Part shown: in pieces, positions 49,790 through 60,302 of the stretch
Position numbering within the stretch: position 1 is the first letter of the stretch
How the letters are laid out: each line of letters opens with the position of its first letter
Source: an uncultured delta proteobacterium
GTDB lineage: Bacteria > Desulfobacterota > RBG-13-43-22
NCBI GenBank assembly: GCA_963711835.1
Contig: CAVQFQ010000013.1
Span: forward strand, 1 to 64,000
Length of the DNA stretch: 64,000 nt
Reading direction: 5' to 3'
Program-made: the position numbers and the translations under genes
The notes under the pieces: model-generated
The model's database searches: none
What the model was told of the DNA's origin: nothing
Seen by the model: the letters and a program-made list of their open reading frames with translations, nothing else

Positions 49790-52789
49790 GTGGCCGCCTG
49801 TCCTCTCTTTTCTTTCCTCCGGAAGGCTTTCTTCTCGGCCGCCTTCTTGGTGTTTCTCACCTTAACCTCCTGCAGCTCTTCCTGGGTAACCGAAACCGTA
49901 ACGGATTATCTTAAAAAAAAGACCGGGCTGGAGGTCAAGGTGAAAGAGGTCTCTTTTACCCTGAAAGACTTGGCTTTCGAGATGAAAGGTCTTTCCCTTA
50001 ACTATAAAAAGGGGCCTTCGACCTGGGAGATAACCGCAGCCCAGGCCAAAGTCGATTTGGATTGGTATTTTGCCGAAGAAAATCTTCCCTGGCCTTCAAT
50101 AAAAATAAAAACCATCGCCGTCTGGCAGCCGGTCATTTCCGCCAGGCTGCCTGAAACCAAACAAAAATGGGATTGGGTGGCGCATTTAAAAAAATTACCG
50201 GACCTGGAACAGGTGGAACTATCCGACCTTCAAGGCCGGATCCTTCTGGGAAGCACCACGGTTCACCTTTCCCCGGGGACCGTCATTCTGATTTCTTTTT
50301 CCCCTGACCAGGGCGGTAAACTCCAGTATCAGGTAAAAGAAATAAAAGCGGACCTTCCCTTAAAAAAAATCCATTTCAGGGGGCGGTCCAGGGGAACCAT
50401 TGAGCTCCTGGATTTTCCCGATCAGCCACGATGGAACGGGTCGTTAAAGATCTCGGACTTTCACCTTGCCGAAAAAGGGTTGACCCTGACCGGCTCATCT
50501 GGAACCCTGAACTTCAAGAAGGAAGGAGCCTCCCTTCAAACCACCGGCTCCCAGGTCCTTCTAAACAGGTTCCATTGGTCCGGTCCTAAAGGGTCCTTTC
50601 GGGCCTCGGGAAAGGTCGCTCTTTCCGGTTCCTTTCAGGGAATCGAAACCGACCCCTCCAAAGGAAACCTTATGGGCGGCCGGCTCGATTGGGACGGCCT
50701 CGATTTTGAGATGCTCTGGGGTGATAGAAAAATAGCCGGTCTGGCCCAAGGCTGGATGACCCTGGACGGACCCTTGAAAAGGCCCCGGGTAGCCGGGCGG
50801 ATCCGGACCGTTCAGACCAGATTGGATCTCCTTCCTATTTCGACTCCCGGATTGGAGGCCGATCTCCCTTTCCAGGGCTCCTTTCCCGATCTCTCCTTTT
50901 CCCGGGTGCAAGCCCGGTCGGATCAATGTCAATGGCGCTTCCCAACCGTTTCCCTGATGGTCCTCAACCCGGAAACGCGATTCAACGCCCAAATCCTGGA
51001 CAAGGGCCGGCAAATTAGAATCGAAGCCATCTCCTTAAAAACCAAAAATTGGGGGACATTCAGCGGTCATTTGCTTTTTGAGCCCCTCAAGGGGCCGGCC
51101 CCCCAGGGCTGGGCCTATTCCAGGGATTTTCCGATCCGACAGGCTTCCGGCTTCTTTTCACCCGGCCTGGCCCGGATCTTTCCCGATGAAATACCGGGAC
51201 AGGGGGACTTGACCTGGTATTGGGACCGGACCGCGGCGGCGGTGCAATTTCAACTCGCTTTAAAACCCCCTTCCTTGCAGGCCGGCGGCCAGGACCGGAT
51301 GTGGGAAGCGGAAAATCTTCAGACCGAGGTGTCTCTTTCAGGCCAATGGTTTCCGAGGGAAAGACGCTGGGAAATAACCGGGACCCAGCAGATCAGGGCC
51401 GGATCCCTGGCCCTGGCCCCCTGGATCTTCCCTTTCAACCGGGATCCCCTTCAAGCCGAATTCAGGGGAAGGATTGAACAAATCCCGGGAAGCTCCCCAG
51501 CTTCCCGCTTGGAAGGCTCCCTGGACCTGCACTATGCCCCTATCGGTAAGCTCCAGGCCTCAGGCCTCATTTCCTTCCTCTTCCCGAATTGGACCTATGC
51601 CGGATCATTGGAACTCAATGAGCTGCCTACGGAAACGGCCTACCCCCTGCTGGTGGCCGGTCCCCTGGCCCTGGAACATCCTTTCCTGGAAAAGGTCTTT
51701 CTCCAGGGATCGCTCCGGGCTCGGCTCCAGGTGGGCAAGACCGATAAAAATAACAGCCTGCAGGGACGGATTTCCAGCCCCGGTCTGAAAATAACAACCC
51801 GGGAGCCTTCTTTTTATCTGGAGGATCTGGCCTTCGATCTGCCTTTTCAGTTTTCTTCCGACCGGTCTGAAAAAAGCCCTCTTCCACCGGAAACCGGATT
51901 CCTCCGGATTGGAGACCTCCAGGGACCGGGACTATCGGCCCGGGGGCTTACCCTTCCGGTCTGGTCCGAATCCGATCGCCTTGAGATCCCGGGTGATATA
52001 ACCCTTTCGTTATGGGCAGGGGAGGCGACCCTAAAGGATCTCCGGGTGGACCATCTCTTGACCAAACCCACCCTTCTCACGGCCCTGTTCTTAAAGGACG
52101 CGGAACTGGATCGCCTTTTCCCTAATAAGAGAGTCTCGGCCAAATTAAACGGAACCTTTGACTCGGTGGTGGTCTCAGCGGAAAAGGCCTCTTTCGAGGG
52201 GGTGTTAAGGGCTGAGCTTTTCGACGGGCAGGTGGAAGGAACCCATTGGGCCATAAGTCAGCCCTTTTCAAGGGACCGCCGGATACAGGCCGACCTTTCC
52301 TTCAGCCACCTCAACCTGGAACCGATCACCCGTCTTTTTTCCTTCGGCCAGGTAACCGGCTATATTCAGGGTACGGTGAACGATCTTTCCGTGTACGACA
52401 ACCAACTGGAGGGCTTTGATCTTACCTTGCGGACCGAAGAGGTTAAGGCGGTCCCTAAAAAAATCACTCTGAAGGCCGTTGAAAATATCAGTCTCTTAGG
52501 AACCGGATCCGGAGAATTGGATGTCTTGAGCAGGGGGATCAATCGTTGGATCCGGGAATACGAATACGGATCCATCGGCATTTCCTGCAGGCTCCGGGGA
52601 GATCGCCTGCAGCTTCGAGGAACCATTATTGAAGAGGGAGTGGAATATCTGGTCCGTAAATCCGGCTGGTCCGGGATCGATGTGATTAATAAAAATCCCG
52701 ACAATGAAATCGAATTTTCTGATATATTGGAACGCATAAAACGGCTGGAAAGAAATCATCCGCCGGGAGGAAATCATGAGAATCGCTAA
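49790..52789 (+). CDS. YdbH/AsmA-like intermembrane lipid-transport protein
   Basis: N-terminal anchor, long beta-rich body, adjacent to a YdbL-like gene. Confidence 0.7.
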   Translation: MAACPLFSFLRKAFFSAAFLVFLTLTSCSSSWVTETVTDYLKKKTGLEVKVKEVSFTLKDLAFEMKGLSLNYKKGPSTWEITAAQAKVDLDWYFAEENLPWPSIKIKTIAVWQPVISARLPETKQKWDWVAHLKKLPDLEQVELSDLQGRILLGSTTVHLSPGTVILISFSPDQGGKLQYQVKEIKADLPLKKIHFRGRSRGTIELLDFPDQPRWNGSLKISDFHLAEKGLTLTGSSGTLNFKKEGASLQTTGSQVLLNRFHWSGPKGSFRASGKVALSGSFQGIETDPSKGNLMGGRLDWDGLDFEMLWGDRKIAGLAQGWMTLDGPLKRPRVAGRIRTVQTRLDLLPISTPGLEADLPFQGSFPDLSFSRVQARSDQCQWRFPTVSLMVLNPETRFNAQILDKGRQIRIEAISLKTKNWGTFSGHLLFEPLKGPAPQGWAYSRDFPIRQASGFFSPGLARIFPDEIPGQGDLTWYWDRTAAAVQFQLALKPPSLQAGGQDRMWEAENLQTEVSLSGQWFPRERRWEITGTQQIRAGSLALAPWIFPFNRDPLQAEFRGRIEQIPGSSPASRLEGSLDLHYAPIGKLQASGLISFLFPNWTYAGSLELNELPTETAYPLLVAGPLALEHPFLEKVFLQGSLRARLQVGKTDKNNSLQGRISSPGLKITTREPSFYLEDLAFDLPFQFSSDRSEKSPLPPETGFLRIGDLQGPGLSARGLTLPVWSESDRLEIPGDITLSLWAGEATLKDLRVDHLLTKPTLLTALFLKDAELDRLFPNKRVSAKLNGTFDSVVVSAEKASFEGVLRAELFDGQVEGTHWAISQPFSRDRRIQADLSFSHLNLEPITRLFSFGQVTGYIQGTVNDLSVYDNQLEGFDLTLRTEEVKAVPKKITLKAVENISLLGTGSGELDVLSRGINRWIREYEYGSIGISCRLRGDRLQLRGTIIEEGVEYLVRKSGWSGIDVINKNPDNEIEFSDILERIKRLERNHPPGGNHENR

Positions 52790-53363
52790 AATAAAAATCC
52801 TGTTCCCTTTTTGGACCTTAACCCTCATGATGGCTTGTGTCACGGTGAATGTTTATTTTCCGGCCAGGGAAGTGGAAAAGAAGGCCGGGGAAATCGTGGA
52901 TGAGATCCGGAAAAAGGATCAAACCGCTCCGACCAATCCTTCAGGACCTCAGAGTAAATGGGAGGTCCTGGCCGCCCTTGTTGCGCACCGGGGCCTGGCC
53001 TATGCCCAAAGGGAAGCCGAGGCTTCGACCCCGGCCATCCAGAATCTTAAGAGTCAAATAAAAGACCGGTTTCCGCGGCTGGCGCCATTTTTCCAGAAAG
53101 GAGCCATTGGGGAAGGGCGGCGAGGCCTGCTGGAGGTCAGAGAAACCAAGGGACTCTCCCCAACGGAAAGGACGGAGCTTAAGTCTCTGGTGGAGGCGGA
53201 AAATCGGGACCGCCGGACCCTCTATCAGGAAGTGGCTAAGTCCATGAATATTTCTGCCGACCAAATCACCAAGGTCCAGCGCATTTTTGCCGATAAGTGG
53301 CAGCAGGCCGCCGCTCCGGGCTGGTGGATCCAGAAAGAAGACGGGGCCTGGGTCCAGAAGTAG
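52776..53363 (+). CDS. YdbL/DUF1318-family lipoprotein
   Basis: Lipobox MMAC-VTVNVYFPA; GAIGE..GLL, ENRDR..LY, GWWIQ..G.W. Confidence 0.85.
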   Translation: MRIAKIKILFPFWTLTLMMACVTVNVYFPAREVEKKAGEIVDEIRKKDQTAPTNPSGPQSKWEVLAALVAHRGLAYAQREAEASTPAIQNLKSQIKDRFPRLAPFFQKGAIGEGRRGLLEVRETKGLSPTERTELKSLVEAENRDRRTLYQEVAKSMNISADQITKVQRIFADKWQQAAAPGWWIQKEDGAWVQK

Positions 53364-53403
53364 GGTCGGACAGGACTTTAGAAAAAAATTTAAAGATCTT
53401 TGT

Positions 53404-53736
53404 TTAGGTGGTTAATTGCAGATCCCGGATCAGGGAATGGGCGAATTCGAGCAGAAAGGCCTCTTGGGGGGCTGTGGCATATTGGATGCAGTCGCAGCGG
53501 AATTTTTCTTGAGACCGAACCAGGCATTCGAATTTTATAAATCCCTTTCCGATCTCGATCGCCAGATAATGGGGTCCGCAGGCCTTATGCTCCCGTTGCA
53601 GCGGGGAGAGCAGATTCTCGGGAAGCTCCAGCCAAAAAATTTCGTCTAAAGTGGAGGAAAGGGTCCTTTCCTTAAGATAGGCCTTGATGGCCGTCATTGG
53701 CCCGGCAGGGATTTCATCAAGCAGATACTGGCGCAT
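53404..53736 (-). CDS. Conserved hypothetical protein
   Basis: Likely start MRQYLLDE after AGGAGGG; HKACGPH, LVRS, RCDCIQYAT. Confidence 0.75.
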   Translation of the reverse strand: MRQYLLDEIPAGPMTAIKAYLKERTLSSTLDEIFWLELPENLLSPLQREHKACGPHYLAIEIGKGFIKFECLVRSQEKFRCDCIQYATAPQEAFLLEFAHSLIRDLQLTT

Positions 53737-53746
53737 CAGGACCCTC

Positions 53747-54082
53747 CTAACTCTTTTTTCTGGCCACGGTGTAGGCATCCCATATCGAGTAGGCCCAGAC
53801 CAGTCCCAACAACAGCAGCACCAGGTAAAGTCCCGGATGGGACTGTCTGGAAAGGGTTTCGGCAATAAAAGAAAAAGAAGGCGGGGTTTTTTCAAAAACA
53901 TCCCCGGGCAGAGTCAGGATAACCCGGTTTAAGTCGATGACGATCATAACAAACAAGGCCAGAAACAATAGGGAGACTCCGGCGATCAACAATCCTCCCT
54001 TGCGATAGTCCTTATTGACGATCTGACCCATTCCGGGAAGGATGAAGGCGGATAGAAGAGGGGCTAAGAGAGTCTTCTTCAT
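53747..54082 (-). CDS. Small membrane protein
   Basis: LLSAFILPGMGQ...WAYSIWDAY. Confidence 0.8.
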   Translation of the reverse strand: MKKTLLAPLLSAFILPGMGQIVNKDYRKGGLLIAGVSLLFLALFVMIVIDLNRVILTLPGDVFEKTPPSFSFIAETLSRQSHPGLYLVLLLLGLVWAYSIWDAYTVARKKS

Positions 54083-54135
54083 AGATTCCTGAACACGTCC
54101 TTCTGCGAATTTTTCTCTAACCTTTCCATATCAGG

Positions 54136-54352
54136 GGTGGTGGTGGGTCACATTTTTTTGTTGTCCAAAAGGAGATCAAGAACCCCCAATCCGGCCCGAA
54201 TAGCTAAGTTCATTTGAGGGCAGGGCATTCACACCAGCCTATTCCCAGCTTGGGTGTAGGCCTTCTGCCGAAACACTTTTCGCATTTTGGCCCGACAAAG
54301 AAGCTTATGGCTTTAGGGTGGACAACTTAAAAAAATGTGACCCACCACCACC
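54136..54352. mobile_element. MITE-like element with different IRs but a core homologous to copies A/B
   Basis: IR ggtggtggtgggtcacattttttt / aaaaaaatgtgacccaccaccacc; core motifs ccggcccgaat, ctaagtt, gggcattcac, ggtgt.ggcct shared with the 49 kb core. Confidence 0.75.
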
Positions 54353-54481
54353 ATTTCTTCGAGAATTGAAAAATAAATTTCAACACTCTTTGATTAGCTC
54401 TTTTTATAGCGGGCTCACCGCCTTCTGTCAACGGTCATGATTTCGATTTTTCCCTGGCTTCTTCTCTGAAGCTGTGATACC

Positions 54482-54557
54482 ACAACCTTGAAATCAAGAC
54501 CCCCGTAGCCCTTTGAGAATAGAGTGCTTAAAAATCACGTAACGTTGGGATAAACTC
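54482..54557. repeat. Right-end fragment of the nested-IR family
   Basis: acaaccttgaaatcaagacccccg...aaaatcacgtaacgttgggataaactc. Confidence 0.8.
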
Positions 54558-54579
54558 AAATAAGGGGATCAGGTTATCT

Positions 54580-55365
54580 ATGGAAAATCCGTTCCGCGAT
54601 GTCCACGTCAGTGTCCCTTTTTTCCTGTTGAGGGATCAATACCTGCCGTTAATCCTAAGTAATCAGCTCCGGGTTGAAATCGGTCTCAGCGCCGACGTCC
54701 TGGAGGTCAACCCAATTGAAGACTTTAAGGATTTGGCCGGCCGACTATCCGGGGCCGGTTTGGCCTGCTCCTTTCATGCCCCCTTCCTGGATCTTTCCTT
54801 AGGGGCCATCGATCCCAAAATACGAGAGGTCTCTCTGATGAGGATGGAACAGGTCATCGAACTGGTTTCCATTTTCCGGCCTCGCTGGATCGTCTGTCAC
54901 GCCGCTTATGAATCCCGCCACTACGAAGATGAGCAAAAGCACTGGCTGGAAAACAGCCTCTGTTCTTTCAAGCACCTCCTTTCCCGTTTGGAAAATAGCC
55001 TGACCCCCTTGATGGTGGAAAATGTTTATGAAAAAGATCCCAGCCTCCTGGAGGCCATTTTCCGGGGGCTGAACTCTCCCTTATGCCGTTTTTGCCTGGA
55101 CGCAGGCCACCATCGAATCTATAGCCGGACGGATCTGAAAGACTGGCTCGATCGGTTGGGACCTTTCCTGGGCATGCTCCACCTCCACGATAACCATGGA
55201 CGCACCGATGATCACCTGGCCCTGGGCCAGGGATCTATCGATTTCCTCTATTTTTTTAGCCTCTTAAAAGAAAAAAAGCTCCGTCCCTATATCACCCTGG
55301 AAGCCCATCAGGAGGATTGGGTCAGAAAGAGTCTGGATTTCTTGGCCCTCCACTGGCCGGCCTGA
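54580..55365 (+). CDS. Sugar phosphate isomerase/epimerase (AP-endonuclease-2 TIM barrel)
   Basis: FHAPFLDL, VEN, CLDAGH, HLHDN.G..DDH, TLE. Confidence 0.88.
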   Translation: MENPFRDVHVSVPFFLLRDQYLPLILSNQLRVEIGLSADVLEVNPIEDFKDLAGRLSGAGLACSFHAPFLDLSLGAIDPKIREVSLMRMEQVIELVSIFRPRWIVCHAAYESRHYEDEQKHWLENSLCSFKHLLSRLENSLTPLMVENVYEKDPSLLEAIFRGLNSPLCRFCLDAGHHRIYSRTDLKDWLDRLGPFLGMLHLHDNHGRTDDHLALGQGSIDFLYFFSLLKEKKLRPYITLEAHQEDWVRKSLDFLALHWPA

Positions 55366-55423
55366 ATCGCCTCTGCCTGTTCATTTCCTTTCAGCTTAGA
55401 TCTTGACATTTGAGACGGAAGCA

Positions 55424-55454
55424 TTAATAAATAATAATGGTTCTTATTTATAAA
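55424..55454 (+). promoter_or_regulatory. Putative PerR/Fur box
   Basis: AT-rich imperfect palindrome aaataataatggttcttattt just downstream of a TTGACA -35 and upstream of perR. Confidence 0.55.
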
Positions 55455-55477
55455 TTTTGAGGCGGACCCCCTACCCC

Positions 55478-55975
55478 ATGAATGAACCAGACAAATTGCG
55501 AGATACCAAGGCCCGCCGGGTGATGGTGGATGAAATCTGCAAGAGTTGCTCTCATCCTACGGCAGATGAGGTCTATGACCTGGTGCGGAAACGTTTACCC
55601 AGGATAAGTCTTGGAACTATTTACCGAAACCTGGAACTTCTATCGGAAAAGGGGCTCATCCAAAAGCTGGATTTAGCCGGCACCCAACGGCGTTATGATG
55701 GAAATACGGAGAATCATTATCACCTCCGCTGCCTGGCTTGCAGTTTGGTTAAGGATATTATAATCCACCCGTTTAAAGAATGGGAAATAGTTCTGCCCCA
55801 GGATCCCGAGTATGAAATACTCGGCCATCGCCTGGAGTTCTTTGGAATCTGTCCATCCTGCAAATTGGAAAAAAAGAACGGTCCGGTCGATCCTGCCGGA
55901 CTTGAACGCGGCCTCTTAAAGATAAAGAAAAAAGAAAGGAGAATTAACCATGGAATTAAAAGGCTCAAGAACTGA
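55478..55975 (+). CDS. perR: Fur-family regulator, PerR-like
   Basis: [32 protein letters not shown]; heads the rbr/dfx cluster. Confidence 0.85.
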   Translation: MNEPDKLRDTKARRVMVDEICKSCSHPTADEVYDLVRKRLPRISLGTIYRNLELLSEKGLIQKLDLAGTQRRYDGNTENHYHLRCLACSLVKDIIIHPFKEWEIVLPQDPEYEILGHRLEFFGICPSCKLEKKNGPVDPAGLERGLLKIKKKERRINHGIKRLKN

Positions 55976-56522
55976 AAAAAACATTCTGACCGCCTTCAGC
56001 GGGGAATCGCAGGCCAGAAATCGTTATTCTTATTTTGCCAGCCAGGCTAAAAAAGAAGGTTATGTTCAGATGTCCTTGATTTTTGAGGAAACCTCGAACC
56101 AGGAGAAAGAGCATGCCAAACGCATTTTTAAATTACTTCCGGGAGGAATGGTCGAAATCCAGGCTTCGTTCCCAGCCGGGGTAATCGGGCTTACCGCTGA
56201 AAATTTAAAGGAAGCCGCCGGCGGGGAGCATTATGAGTGGACCGATATGTATCCCACCTTCGCTAAAATCGCCCGGGAAGAAGGTTTTCAGGATATGGCC
56301 CATATTTTTGAATCGATCGCCGTGGCTGAGAAGCAGCATGAAAAACGGTATCTTGGACTCTTGGCCAACATAAAAACAGGAAAGGTCTTTAAAAAGGATA
56401 AACCCGTAGTCTGGCGCTGCCTTAACTGCGGCTATCTGCACGAAGGTTCGGAAGCCCCCGATGAATGTCCGGCCTGCGACCATCCACGGGACTATTATGA
56501 ACTCTTAGGAGAAAATTGGTAA
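55950..56522 (+). CDS. rbr: Rubrerythrin
   Basis: [28 protein letters not shown]...CPAC.HP. Confidence 0.96.
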   Translation: MELKGSRTEKNILTAFSGESQARNRYSYFASQAKKEGYVQMSLIFEETSNQEKEHAKRIFKLLPGGMVEIQASFPAGVIGLTAENLKEAAGGEHYEWTDMYPTFAKIAREEGFQDMAHIFESIAVAEKQHEKRYLGLLANIKTGKVFKKDKPVVWRCLNCGYLHEGSEAPDECPACDHPRDYYELLGENW

Positions 56523-56615
56523 AACCATAAAACCGGGAAAGCCCGGTTTCAAGCTGATAGCTCATAGCGGATAGCCGATAGAAAAAAAACCACCTTAAGC
56601 AAAGGAGAAACGAAC

Positions 56616-56990
56616 ATGACGGAAAAATTACAGATTTACAAATGTGGAGTTTGCGGTAATATCGTCGAGATGCTTCATGAAGGCAAGGGGGAGCTGGTTT
56701 GTTGCGGCCAGCCGATGAAACTTTTTGTGGAAAATACCGTGGATGCCGCCAGAGAAAAACATCTTCCGGTGGTTGAAAAAACCCCAACCGGTTTCAAGGT
56801 CAAAGTGGGTAGCGTGGCCCATCCTATGGAAGAAAAACATTATATCGAATGGATTGAAGTACTGGCCGATGAGAAAGCCTACCGGGCCTTTCTGAAGCCC
56901 GGAGGGACCCCTGAAGCCGTTTTTGATTTTTCGGCCGATACGATAACGGCCCGCGAGTATTGTAATCTTCATGGATTATGGAAGGCTTAA
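56616..56990 (+). CDS. dfx: Desulfoferrodoxin (superoxide reductase)
   Basis: YKCGVCGN...CCGQPM, EKHLP, HPM..KHYIEW, YCNLHG. Confidence 0.96.
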   Translation: MTEKLQIYKCGVCGNIVEMLHEGKGELVCCGQPMKLFVENTVDAAREKHLPVVEKTPTGFKVKVGSVAHPMEEKHYIEWIEVLADEKAYRAFLKPGGTPEAVFDFSADTITAREYCNLHGLWKA

Positions 56991-56994
56991 GAAA

Positions 56995-57528
56995 ATGACT
57001 GATCCCCTTCAATGTTCCCTGGACATGCTGGCTGCGGCCCTGGAAATGGAGGAGAAGGGCCAGGCCTTTTACGAGAAGGCCTTCAAAGCCTGCCGGAACC
57101 CTCAGTGCCGGGAAATCTTCCGCTCCTTGTCCGAAGAAGAGGTGGTCCATGGGCAACGAATCAGGCAGATCCACGACACCCTTTCCTCAGGCCAATGCTG
57201 GACCAGGAACTGGGAAGGGCTAAAGGGGCCCTCAAAAACCCTGGGCGACTTATTCCGAAATCTGGCCGCGCAGGAAAAGAAAAAAATCAAGGCCGAAACC
57301 AGTGATCTGGAGGCCATAGATATCGCCCTCGATTTTGAATCGGCCGGGGTAAAATTTTATGAGGACCATCTGCTTAAAGCCGTTGACCCGATGGAAAAGG
57401 CCTTTCTTTACAAAATGATCCAGGAAGAGAAGGAGCATTTTCGGGCTTTGAAGGATACCCGGTACTATCTCACGGATCCCGAAGGATGGTTTATTGAAAA
57501 AGAACGCGCCGGTCTGGACGGGTCATAA
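56995..57528 (+). CDS. Ferritin-like rubrerythrin-family protein
   Basis: MEEKG..FY, EEVVH, FE....FY, EEKEH. Confidence 0.85.
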   Translation: MTDPLQCSLDMLAAALEMEEKGQAFYEKAFKACRNPQCREIFRSLSEEEVVHGQRIRQIHDTLSSGQCWTRNWEGLKGPSKTLGDLFRNLAAQEKKKIKAETSDLEAIDIALDFESAGVKFYEDHLLKAVDPMEKAFLYKMIQEEKEHFRALKDTRYYLTDPEGWFIEKERAGLDGS

Positions 57529-57601
57529 GCAGGCCGGCCTTTTTTCAATAAATTATTAACAATAAAGACAGCGCATTCAGTACAGGGGCACTATCGGCGG
57601 C

Positions 57602-59335
57602 ATGGCGGATCATTCCCTTCATATCGTTATCGGAGGTGAAGCCGGACAGGGGCTGGTAACGCTCGGCCAGTTGCTGGCCAAGAGTCTGGTCCGCCAGGGT
57701 TACTTTATACTGGTGACCCAGGATTACCAATCCCGCATTCGGGGAGGTCATAACACCTTTCGGATCCGAACCGGGATTAAGGAAATCCTGGCCCCTGATG
57801 AAACGATCGATCTTCTGATCGCCCTGGATTCCCAAACCACTTCCCTTCATCGACAGGAAATGGGGCCTGGTGGGCTCATCGTTTTGGACAGCGATTTTAA
57901 GGGTGAGGGTCCGGCCGGTTTGAAGGTCCCCTTTAAGGAATTGGGATCCGGCCGGGTGGCCAATGTCCTGGCTTTGGGGGTGGCCGGGGCCCTGCTGGGG
58001 CTGAGTCAAGAAAGCTTGTCCCAGGCGCTGGATGATACTTTTGGCCATAAAAAGGCCGAGCTGGCCGAAGAAAACCGGCAGGCCTTGCAGAAGGCCTACC
58101 AGTGGACGGAGAAGCAGGATGTTTTCTTTCCGAGGCTGGCTCCTGCCGAACTCCCTTCCCCGGCCCGGTTGATGATGAATGGGAATGAAGCGATTGCCCT
58201 GGGCGCCCTCTCGGCGGGATTGAAATTCCTATCCTTTTACCCCATGACCCCCTCCACCTCCATCGCCCTGGCCGTCACCGCCCAAGCCCTTAAACTGGGG
58301 ATCATTGTCGAACAGGCCGAAGATGAAATCGCCGCTGTTAATATGGCTATTGGGGCCTCTTATGCCGGGGCCCCCAGCATGGTCTGTACTTCGGGCGGAG
58401 GGTTTGCCTTGATGGTGGAAGGGGTCAGCCTGGCCGGCATGACCGAAACGCCGGTCGTCATTTGCGTCGGACAACGACCCGCCCCGGCCACGGGATTGCC
58501 TACCCGGACCGAACAGGCCGATCTGGAATTTGTTTTGCACTCCGGTCATGGCGAGTTTCCCAGGGCCGTCTTCACCCCGGGTACCATTGAAGAATGTTTC
58601 CACTTGACTCGCCAGGCCTTTGAACTGGCTGAGGCCTTTCAAACGCCGATCTTCCTGCTGACCGATCAATTTCTGGCCGACTCCTACCGCGCGCTGGAGC
58701 CTTTTGAACTGGGGAATCTCCCCTCCTTCGGTCCCCGAACCGATACCGCTCCTCTTTCCCTCCCCTACCAACGTTACGCTATCACCCCTACCGGAGTTTC
58801 ACCCCGCCTCCTGCCGGGGCAGAGCCCCCACCTGGTGGTGGCCGACAGTGATGAACACACCGAGGACGGTCATATTACCGAAGATCTTTCCGTCAGGAAG
58901 CAGATGGTGGAAAAGAGACTGAGGAAGCTGGAAGGGATCCGCCGGGAGGTCAGGCCTCCCGGGTTTTGGGGGGATGAAAATCCGGAGATCCTTCTGGTAA
59001 CCTGGGGGTCCAGCAGGGGAGCGGTCCTGGAAGCGGCTTCGATTTTGAGAAGCCAGGGAGAAAAGGTCGGGGCTCTTTATTTTTCACAGATCTGGCCCTT
59101 GGTCCCGGACCATTTCTCAGGCCTCCTGGAAAAGGCAGCCCGGGTCATAGCCGTGGAAGGGAATGCCTTCGGCCAGTTGGCCCGGCTGATTCGCCGGGAA
59201 AGCGGCTATGCCATAGACCAAAAGATTCTTCGTTATGACGGGCTGCCCATCACGGCAAACTATATTTTAGACCGCCTACAAACCCTTAAGGTGGAGGGAC
59301 TGCCTCTAACCTCAAACGAAACGATCCATTATTGA
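57602..59335 (+). CDS. korA: 2-oxoacid:ferredoxin oxidoreductase alpha subunit
   Basis: GGEAGQG, SRIRGG, YPMTPS, QAEDEIAA, TSGGG, TGLPT. Confidence 0.92.
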   Translation: MADHSLHIVIGGEAGQGLVTLGQLLAKSLVRQGYFILVTQDYQSRIRGGHNTFRIRTGIKEILAPDETIDLLIALDSQTTSLHRQEMGPGGLIVLDSDFKGEGPAGLKVPFKELGSGRVANVLALGVAGALLGLSQESLSQALDDTFGHKKAELAEENRQALQKAYQWTEKQDVFFPRLAPAELPSPARLMMNGNEAIALGALSAGLKFLSFYPMTPSTSIALAVTAQALKLGIIVEQAEDEIAAVNMAIGASYAGAPSMVCTSGGGFALMVEGVSLAGMTETPVVICVGQRPAPATGLPTRTEQADLEFVLHSGHGEFPRAVFTPGTIEECFHLTRQAFELAEAFQTPIFLLTDQFLADSYRALEPFELGNLPSFGPRTDTAPLSLPYQRYAITPTGVSPRLLPGQSPHLVVADSDEHTEDGHITEDLSVRKQMVEKRLRKLEGIRREVRPPGFWGDENPEILLVTWGSSRGAVLEAASILRSQGEKVGALYFSQIWPLVPDHFSGLLEKAARVIAVEGNAFGQLARLIRRESGYAIDQKILRYDGLPITANYILDRLQTLKVEGLPLTSNETIHY

Positions 59336-59357
59336 AGATAACCAAAAGGACTGAATT

Positions 59358-60209
59358 ATGGTCACCCTGGATGATTACGGAACCTTTGAAACAGCCTGGT
59401 GTCCGGGATGCGGCAACCCTTTCATCTTGCAAGCCGTCAAGCAGGCCCTGGTAGCCTTGGGATTGCAACCCCATGAGGTCCTCTTTGTTTCAGGCATCGG
59501 CCAGGCCGCCAAGGCCCCCCACTATTTACGGGCCAATCTTTTCAATGGCCTTCACGGCCGATCCCTGCCGGTGGCGACCGGCGCCAAATCAGCCAATCCC
59601 AATCTGGTCGTCCTGGTTGAAAGCGGCGACGGTTGCACTTACGGTGAAGGGGGAAACCATTTTCTGGCCGCCATCCGGCGAAATTGTGATCTGACCCTGC
59701 TGGTTCATAACAACCAGATCTACGGTCTGACCAAGGGGCAGGCCAGCCCGACCAGCGACGAAGGGATGGTAACCAAGGCCCAGCCCCAGGGAGCGCCCTC
59801 GGAGGCCTTTAATCCAATAGCCGTGGCCGTGGCCATGCAGGCCGGCTTTGTGGCCCGGGGCTTCTCGGGCCTGGCCGATCACTTAGCCCGGCTGATACAG
59901 GAGGCCGTGGCCCATCGGGGTTTTTCCCTGATCGATATACTCCAGCCCTGCGTTTCTTTCAATAAGGTGAATACCTTTGGCTGGTATAAGAAACGCTGCT
60001 ATGAGTTGCCGCCGGACTACGACCCCATCGACTGGGCCGGGGCCATGAAAACTTCTTTGGAATGGGGGGACCGTATCCCTCTGGGGGTCATCTTCCGGAA
60101 AGAAAAACCGACCTTCGAAGATCATTTTCCGCAATTACAGGCCGGCCCCCTGGTGGGTCGAAAAGGTGATGGAAAACTCCTCCAGGAGATTATGGAGAGC
60201 TATCAATAA
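59358..60209 (+). CDS. korB: 2-oxoacid:ferredoxin oxidoreductase beta subunit
   Basis: WCPGCG, HGR, GDG, NNQIYGLTKGQ.SPT, QPC. Confidence 0.92.
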   Translation: MVTLDDYGTFETAWCPGCGNPFILQAVKQALVALGLQPHEVLFVSGIGQAAKAPHYLRANLFNGLHGRSLPVATGAKSANPNLVVLVESGDGCTYGEGGNHFLAAIRRNCDLTLLVHNNQIYGLTKGQASPTSDEGMVTKAQPQGAPSEAFNPIAVAVAMQAGFVARGFSGLADHLARLIQEAVAHRGFSLIDILQPCVSFNKVNTFGWYKKRCYELPPDYDPIDWAGAMKTSLEWGDRIPLGVIFRKEKPTFEDHFPQLQAGPLVGRKGDGKLLQEIMESYQ

Positions 60210-60302
60210 GGATGGTTGTCAAACAGGCTGCCCTTCCCCGCCTTGGCTGGGGAGACGATTTGGGGGGCTCTTCAGGAGGTCAGCCTCAATAAGGAGAAAA
60301 TC

